64,000 nucleotides of DNA from Gammaproteobacteria bacterium. Its GTDB lineage: Bacteria; Pseudomonadota; Gammaproteobacteria; JAADGQ01. Within the stretch, counting starts at the first letter, position 1. The number at the start of each line of letters is the position of its first letter. The stretch is from assembly GCA_021648145.1 (NCBI GenBank), contig JAKITI010000007.1, positions 1,018-65,017 on the forward strand, read 5' to 3'. The notes under the pieces were generated by a model. It worked only from the letters and a program-made list of their open reading frames with translations. It did no database searches and was not told the origin of the DNA. This document shows, one piece after another, positions 57,845 through 64,000 of this stretch. A program made the translations under genes and the position numbers.

Positions 57845-58540
57845 TTGATCATTACACGTTTACACATTGTTATTGCGCTGTTGATAACACTGGCATTACA
57901 CGGCGGTTTGGCTATATGGCTGGTGTTGCCCAAGAAAGATCCACTTCCTGAGCCACTTAAACAAATCGTACGTATTAATTTGCAGGCTGCTGTCGCAGAA
58001 ACCACTGTGACTACACCTGCACCGATTGTTGAGCCACCTCCAGAAGAGTTGACTCATGAACCAAAAATAGAGCCTAAGCCAATCCCTGCACCGCCCAAGC
58101 CAAAACCTGTTCCCAAACCAGTGATTCAAAAACCTCCGACAAAGCCTCAACCTATTGTCGAGCCCACACCCAAGCTGGAGCCGCCACCTGAAGTTGCTCA
58201 AGAAGTCACCCCACCTGTGGAAACCTTGGTCGTACCTCCGCTGGATGCCGTTGCGACTGCGAAGTATGAACAATTGCTCACGGCATGGCTGGATAAACAT
58301 AAAAAATACCCCAAAAGAGCCAAGCGTATGCGTATTGAAGGAGAGGGTGTATTGCGTATTTTGATCGACCGTTCGGGGCAGTTACAGCAAGTGACACTGG
58401 GTCAGTCAACGGGTAATCGGCTGCTCGATAAAGCTGCACTTGAGATGGCTAGAAAAGCTAATCCATTTCCCGCCATGCCTGAAAATGACCCTCGCCAATC
58501 ACTGGAATTTGTTGTGCCTGTGGAGTTTGTGCTGCATTAA
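57845..58540 (+). CDS. tonB: TonB protein
   Basis: TM with LALH, Pro-rich linker, YPKRA..EG..STG..LDKAA; probable TTG start. Confidence 0.9.
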   Translation: MIITRLHIVIALLITLALHGGLAIWLVLPKKDPLPEPLKQIVRINLQAAVAETTVTTPAPIVEPPPEELTHEPKIEPKPIPAPPKPKPVPKPVIQKPPTKPQPIVEPTPKLEPPPEVAQEVTPPVETLVVPPLDAVATAKYEQLLTAWLDKHKKYPKRAKRMRIEGEGVLRILIDRSGQLQQVTLGQSTGNRLLDKAALEMARKANPFPAMPENDPRQSLEFVVPVEFVLH

Positions 58541-58767
58541 TTTTTCGGGTGATGTTTGTCATGTTTGTTATCGGTCTTATAGTGATTTATGAATGGCTAT
58601 GGCTAATGAATCAGTTAGAAGGTTTTGAATTCTAAAGTGTTTTGTGAGTGATCTGAAGAGTTGAATCTTTGTGGCTTTATTCCTTGTTGTCTGCGGAGGA
58701 ATACTTTAAGAGTTTGTTAAGTTTGGGGGACTAAAATGTAATCACTAAAAATTAAATTATAGCAATT

Positions 58768-61272
58768 TTGGTGGCAGTTATGTACCTGACTAAAATAAAA
58801 AGAATAAGGATATACAACAAACGTTCATCTCTCTTCATGTTACCCATGCTACGAAGACCGGTGATTGCATTGCTGGCCGGAGCAGTGCTGTATTCGGATA
58901 TTTCAACGGTGACTGCTGCTCCGATAGTAAACCCAAAAGTTGTACACCACTCAGCGGTAGAACAGGCACGCCAAGGCCAGCATGGAGCGGCACTGAAACA
59001 ACTCAACTCACTCGTTCAGGCTTACCCTGACAATCTGTTATTTCGTTACGACTATATTAATACGCTTGCTTGGGCCGAGCGTGATGAAGAGGTACTGGCA
59101 CAATTACCTCATATTGATTTTGAGCAGGCGCCTACCTACGTTCTCAGAGCCATTGGTAAATCTGCACGCAACCGGCAACACCCCAATGTGGCCATCCAGG
59201 CTTATCGTGCAGCACTGAAACAGACCCCTAATGAGCGGCAAACTCAACTAGGTCTTGCCATGAGTCTGGCTGAAGCCAAACAGCCTGTTAAAGCTAAAAA
59301 ACAAATCCAGTCTTTGCTTAAAACTGATCCCGGATCTATCGAGTTATTAAAAACACTGGCCTATATAAAAGAGGTTGATCATGATTACGCAGGTGCTTTT
59401 GATATTTATGATCGACTGTTAGTCATTGAACCTAACAATAAAAGTATTCGATATGCTCGGGTTATGAGCTTACTCCAACTGGGTGTTCCTCATGAAGCAC
59501 TGCAGTTTGCCCGTCGCGATACCAGTTTATTCACTCCCGAAGAGTGGAATCGAATGCTTGGCGATCAGGCGGCAATAGAAATACGTTGGGGACAACAGCG
59601 TGTAGTGGAGCCATCCCAACGTTATTTCAATACCGATAAAGCAATTGAGCTGCTAAAAAATCAACTCAATAATATAACGAATAAAACATCTCCAGCGTAT
59701 CTGCGTAATCGCTTTGATCTTATTGCAGCGTATCGTAATCGACGTTATATGCGTGAAGCCACTAGGCTGTATGAACAGTTACGTAAAGAGGGTGTAAAGC
59801 ATTTTCCTCCTTATGTGCAAGCACTTGTTGGTGATGCTTATTTATCACAGCGTCAACCCGAGCAAGCCATTACCTTGCTGGAAAAATCCATCAATAAAGA
59901 TCCTCACAATCTGGATGCACAATATTCACTGTATTACGCTTACCTTGAGGCAGGTCGTTATGAGCAATCACTGACTCATATTGATGCCCTTGATAATTCA
60001 TTGCCGCAATGGATATGGCCACCAGGCAGCAAGGAAAAGCAGCTCAATTTTGATAAATTATATGCTAGTACTGTTTCTTCCATGGCTCGTGCCTATACTG
60101 GAAAACTGGGTCAGGCTGAAAATAGGCTTAATGCCCTGTTAGCTCAGGATCCCGATAATACTGGTGCGCAAACCAGTCTTGCTCACGTTTTTTTATGGCG
60201 AGGCTGGCCACGTCTGGCCTTGGAAAAGTACCAGAGCGTGCTGGCTCAAGATTCAGATAATACGGAAGCTAAAACAGGCATTGTCAGTGCGCTGTCTGCT
60301 CGTGGTAATTTCGCAGAATCAGAGGCAGTGTTGAAGCCACTTCAATACCAATATAGCGATTACCTGCAAGTAAAAAACCTGACTCGGGAAGTCAATATTC
60401 GTAAAATGCGAGAGGTATGGCTCGAAGTGAATGGTGGCTCCAGTAGCGATACTACACTCTATCAGGGCAGCAGTGATCTGGGGTTTACAGCCTACTACTA
60501 TGATCGACCCTGGCGTTTGGGGCTTCGCTCCTTTGCTTATCTATCACACCTTCAGGGTAATTTTTCTGGGGAAACAGCAACCCGTAACCGAGGGGGCATC
60601 GGGTTTCATTATCAACAACAAGATGTTGTGCTCAGAGGTAATGTCAGTGGTGGTGATGGGTCTGCGGGGCTCTCTCTGCAGGGGAGCTGGAATCCAACCG
60701 ATCATTGGCAGGGAAGCCTTGCTATAGAAACATTCAGCGATGAAACACCATTAAGAGCTGATCTGGCAGGTGTTAAAGCACGGTCTCTGAATGTCGGTAC
60801 AAAGTATCGTTTTCACGAAAGCCGCAGCTTGGGAGCTTCTATTCAATATATGGATTTCGATGATGGCAATCAACGAAATACGCTTTCTGTGTTTGGCCAG
60901 CAACGTCTTTTCACGGGCTTGCGTTACAAGTTAGCGAGTGAGTTGTATCTCTACCATCAAACGAATTCAGTAGATAATGCGGCCTATTTTAATCCTTCAA
61001 AACAAAGCTCTGTTGAACTGAGCTTTAATAATGAGTGGCTGACCTTTATGCATTATGAAAAATCAATGCGCCAACGCTTCAAGATCGGAATTGGCTCAAG
61101 CAGCCAACAAAACTTTGATACAAAACCAACCTGGATGGTGAGCTATGAACATTACTGGAGCTTTAGTCAGCAGTTGAGCTTGGCTTACGGTATGAGTCGC
61201 TCCAAACCTGTTTACGATGGTGTGAAAGAGTCTTTTATCCGTGGGTTTATGAACTTATATATAAGGTTTTGA
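58768..61272 (+). CDS. pgaA: PNAG export porin with TPR region
   Basis: TPR repeats, RGWPR.A motif, ETPLRA, YFNP, C-terminal barrel ending in F; first gene of the pga operon. True start may lie downstream. Confidence 0.9.
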   Translation: MVAVMYLTKIKRIRIYNKRSSLFMLPMLRRPVIALLAGAVLYSDISTVTAAPIVNPKVVHHSAVEQARQGQHGAALKQLNSLVQAYPDNLLFRYDYINTLAWAERDEEVLAQLPHIDFEQAPTYVLRAIGKSARNRQHPNVAIQAYRAALKQTPNERQTQLGLAMSLAEAKQPVKAKKQIQSLLKTDPGSIELLKTLAYIKEVDHDYAGAFDIYDRLLVIEPNNKSIRYARVMSLLQLGVPHEALQFARRDTSLFTPEEWNRMLGDQAAIEIRWGQQRVVEPSQRYFNTDKAIELLKNQLNNITNKTSPAYLRNRFDLIAAYRNRRYMREATRLYEQLRKEGVKHFPPYVQALVGDAYLSQRQPEQAITLLEKSINKDPHNLDAQYSLYYAYLEAGRYEQSLTHIDALDNSLPQWIWPPGSKEKQLNFDKLYASTVSSMARAYTGKLGQAENRLNALLAQDPDNTGAQTSLAHVFLWRGWPRLALEKYQSVLAQDSDNTEAKTGIVSALSARGNFAESEAVLKPLQYQYSDYLQVKNLTREVNIRKMREVWLEVNGGSSSDTTLYQGSSDLGFTAYYYDRPWRLGLRSFAYLSHLQGNFSGETATRNRGGIGFHYQQQDVVLRGNVSGGDGSAGLSLQGSWNPTDHWQGSLAIETFSDETPLRADLAGVKARSLNVGTKYRFHESRSLGASIQYMDFDDGNQRNTLSVFGQQRLFTGLRYKLASELYLYHQTNSVDNAAYFNPSKQSSVELSFNNEWLTFMHYEKSMRQRFKIGIGSSSQQNFDTKPTWMVSYEHYWSFSQQLSLAYGMSRSKPVYDGVKESFIRGFMNLYIRF

Positions 61273-62669
61273 TGATGAATTTTCCAAAAAAAATAAAAAA
61301 ATATTTTTTCTGTCAGAGGCTGCATTATTTTTGGGTTACTCTGCTATTTTTGGCAATAATCACCCCCGTGCATGCGGAGCTTATTGTGCTCTCCTATCAT
61401 GAAGCCAATCATAAGCTTGATCAAGATGCAGATTTTGATGCCATGACGCTTAAGACCTCTGAGCTGGCAGCACAATTTTCCTGGCTCAAAGAGCACGACT
61501 ATGTCGTGATCGGTATTGATGATTTATTGGCCGCTCAAAAAGGGGTGCGTGCTTTACCTGATAAAGCCGTGCTGCTCAGCTTTGATGATGGCTATCTGGG
61601 AATGTATACACAAGTTTATCCACTGCTGCGTGCTTTTGACTATCAGGCCGTGATTGCATTAGTTGGACGCTGGATGGAGACACCTGGCGGAAAAACTGTG
61701 ATGTATGGCTCCAAGCCCGTAGCTCGTGAAAAATTTTTAAGCTGGGCTCAAATTCGGGAGATGGTGAAATCTGGATATGTAGAAGTCGCTTCTCATAGCT
61801 ATGATCTTCATCATGGCATCATAGCCAACCCACAAGGCAACACACAGCCTGCTGCTATCAGTCAGCACTATAGTACTGATATCGGCGAATACGAAAGTGA
61901 TAAACAGTATCGTCAACGTATTTATAATGATCTGAAACGTAACTCAGACCTTATTGTCCGAAAAACAGGTCAAAAACCACGAGTGCTTGTGTGGCCTTAC
62001 GGTGCTTATAATCGCATCACCACCGACATTGCTCAAAAACTTGATATGCCTATTACGATGAGCCTTGAAGAGGAAAAAGTAGATATCAAGAGTTCTGATA
62101 GCATAAACCGACTACTGATTGGCCACGGAATTACGCTAGCTGACTTTATCTGGCAAATCACCAATCATTACAAACCTAAAAAAGAGCTTGTACGTGCAGT
62201 CAATCTCAATCTTGATGATATCTATGATCCAGACCCCAAACAACAAGAAAAAAATCTGGGAAAATTTCTTGAACGGGTCAAAAAACACCACATAAACAGA
62301 GTCTACTTACAGGCATTCTCTGATCCGGATGGTGATGGTGGTGTAGATACAGTGTATTTTCCTAACCGCCATTTTCCGGTACGTGCTGATCTGTTTAATC
62401 GAGTGGCTTGGCAGCTACGGACACGTACTGGATCTAAAGTCTACGCCTGGATTCCCCCTGAAGCCTTTGATCCAAAAACTACCTACTTATCTGGTGATCT
62501 CTACGAAGATTTGGCCAAGTACGCGTCTATAGATGGCCTGATTTTTTATCATGGTGAGTTAAGTGATTATGAACATGAGCTGGCTGAACGTGCTCGCCTC
62601 TATCGTCCTCAGCTCAAAATTGCACATCAACAAGCGGGTTTATCTCCCATGATTTTGGAGAAAAACTGA
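61269..62669 (+). CDS. pgaB: PNAG N-deacetylase with shortened C-terminal domain
   Basis: LSYH, LSFDDGY, SHSYDLHHG, WPYG; LQAFSDPDGDG, RADLFNRVAWQL; only 466 aa. Confidence 0.92.
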   Translation: MMMNFPKKIKKYFFCQRLHYFWVTLLFLAIITPVHAELIVLSYHEANHKLDQDADFDAMTLKTSELAAQFSWLKEHDYVVIGIDDLLAAQKGVRALPDKAVLLSFDDGYLGMYTQVYPLLRAFDYQAVIALVGRWMETPGGKTVMYGSKPVAREKFLSWAQIREMVKSGYVEVASHSYDLHHGIIANPQGNTQPAAISQHYSTDIGEYESDKQYRQRIYNDLKRNSDLIVRKTGQKPRVLVWPYGAYNRITTDIAQKLDMPITMSLEEEKVDIKSSDSINRLLIGHGITLADFIWQITNHYKPKKELVRAVNLNLDDIYDPDPKQQEKNLGKFLERVKKHHINRVYLQAFSDPDGDGGVDTVYFPNRHFPVRADLFNRVAWQLRTRTGSKVYAWIPPEAFDPKTTYLSGDLYEDLAKYASIDGLIFYHGELSDYEHELAERARLYRPQLKIAHQQAGLSPMILEKN

Positions 62670-62671
62670 TC

Positions 62672-63934
62672 ATGGAATATTGGCTTTCAATCTATCTGAA
62701 TCTGGCACTTAACCTGGCTTACTACTACCCTTTAGTCATGGCTTATGTCTGGATGGTGGGCGGAGTGTACTATTATAATAAATGGGAGCGTGGGCAGCCA
62801 GTTGGTGGAGATGCGATTGCATTGCCATATTATCCTCCCGTTAGTATTTTGATACCTTGTCATAATGAAGGCGCAAACCTGCGTGAGACCATCTCGGTAC
62901 TGCTTAACCAGAATTATCCTGATTTTGATATTATTGCGATCAATGACGGAAGCAGTGACAACACAGGAGAGCTGCTGGATGAGTTGTGCCAGAAATCCCC
63001 TCGTTTACACGTTGTACATCTGAATGAAAACCAGGGAAAAGCCATGGCTCTGAATGTCGGAGCCATGATGTCTTCCAGCGAGTTTCTGATCTGTATTGAT
63101 GGCGATGCATTACTGGGCACTAATGCAACGAATAGGATGATGCAGCACTTTATTCGTGGTTCTAATGTAGGTGCTGTGACCGGAAACCCACGGGTACGCA
63201 CCCGCTCTACACTAATCGGGAAAATACAGGTCGGTGAATTTTCATCAATTGTTGGCTTAATCAAACGCGCACAGCGTATTTATGGTCGAATATTCAGCAT
63301 ATCAGGTGTTGTTTCCGGGTTCCGAAAATCAGCCTTGCAAGATGCTGGATATTGGAGTGTGGATGCGATCACTGAGGATATTGATATCAGCTGGAAGCTA
63401 CAGTTAAAAGGCTGGGATATCCGTTTTGAACCCAATGCCTTGTGCTGGATCTTAATGCCGGAAACATTTAAAGGTCTGTGGCAGCAACGTCTTCGCTGGG
63501 CTCAGGGAGGGGTCGAAGTCTTTACCCGTTATTTTTTACAAATTATACGCCTGCGCCATCGGCGCTTATGGTTGTTAATGGCTGAATATTTTATCAGCAT
63601 ACTGTGGACTTATGCCGTTGTCTCTCTGCTTGTGCTATGGCCTCTGATGCAATTTATTCCTAACATGGAAGAGACTAAAACGTTTTCCCTTCTGCCCAGT
63701 TCGGCAGGCTTATTACTGGCAATGACTTGTCTGATTCAGTTTGCTGTGAGCTTTTATATTGATGCTCGTTATGAAAGAGGCTTAGGGAAAATTTATTACT
63801 GGATAGTTTGGTATCCCTTGATTTATTGGCTAATTAACCTGATCACACTTGCTGTAGCTATACCTTTAACACTACTGAGAACCCGTAAAAAACGTGCTAT
63901 ATGGACGAGCCCTGACAGAGGAGTACGACCATGA
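62672..63934 (+). CDS. pgaC: PNAG synthase (GT2)
   Basis: PCHNE, NDGS, NQGKA, IDGD, TEDID, QRLRW, WTSPDRG. Confidence 0.96.
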   Translation: MEYWLSIYLNLALNLAYYYPLVMAYVWMVGGVYYYNKWERGQPVGGDAIALPYYPPVSILIPCHNEGANLRETISVLLNQNYPDFDIIAINDGSSDNTGELLDELCQKSPRLHVVHLNENQGKAMALNVGAMMSSSEFLICIDGDALLGTNATNRMMQHFIRGSNVGAVTGNPRVRTRSTLIGKIQVGEFSSIVGLIKRAQRIYGRIFSISGVVSGFRKSALQDAGYWSVDAITEDIDISWKLQLKGWDIRFEPNALCWILMPETFKGLWQQRLRWAQGGVEVFTRYFLQIIRLRHRRLWLLMAEYFISILWTYAVVSLLVLWPLMQFIPNMEETKTFSLLPSSAGLLLAMTCLIQFAVSFYIDARYERGLGKIYYWIVWYPLIYWLINLITLAVAIPLTLLRTRKKRAIWTSPDRGVRP

Positions 63935-64000
63935 ATACATTAATAATTCAAAGCCCCCACAACCAAGGCATACTACGCAAATATACACAGAGCTCGATGA
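63931..64000 (+). CDS. pgaD: probable PgaD (5' fragment, runs off the window)
   Basis: ATG overlaps the pgaC stop (ATGA); open frame MNTLIIQSPHNQ...; position in the operon. Confidence 0.6.
   Translation, partial: MNTLIIQSPHNQGILRKYTQSSM

Overview
AT-rich chromosomal window, most likely from a gammaproteobacterium (gene content and order; inference). Housekeeping genes (gmk, aspA, recB-recD, rpmB-rpmG, radC, aspartate aminotransferase, uvrB, tatC, psd, tsaB) alternate with accessory blocks. (1) 3.5-14.2 kb: an orphan carrier-protein biosynthetic cluster: carrier protein, acyl-CoA dehydrogenase, SerRS-like amino acid:carrier protein ligase, a DUF1839-like protein with a BtrH/papain-like Cys-His signature, a cytoplasmic GH2, a fused double alpha/beta-hydrolase with a Cys nucleophile, a methyltransferase, and convergent GNAT and sulfotransferase genes. 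(2) A VapBC-type toxin-antitoxin pair and a PerR / cytochrome c peroxidase divergon. (3) A candidate structured sRNA between recB and a FixL/FixJ-like two-component system. (4) A fimT-pilZ-radC unit under a perfect CRP/Vfr site, suggesting competence. (5) 36.7-50.2 kb: three very large surface proteins, one apparently a polyprotein with an internal GlyGly-CTERM-like anchor followed by a second signal peptide and a complete OmpA-family protein. (6) A RAYT-derived miniature element and an IS1 relic. (7) A Fur-boxed TonB-dependent receptor-exbBD-tonB operon. (8) pgaABC(D), with a PgaB whose glycoside hydrolase domain is shortened. I saw no rRNA, tRNA or CRISPR array. All family assignments come from motif recognition by eye, not database searches.
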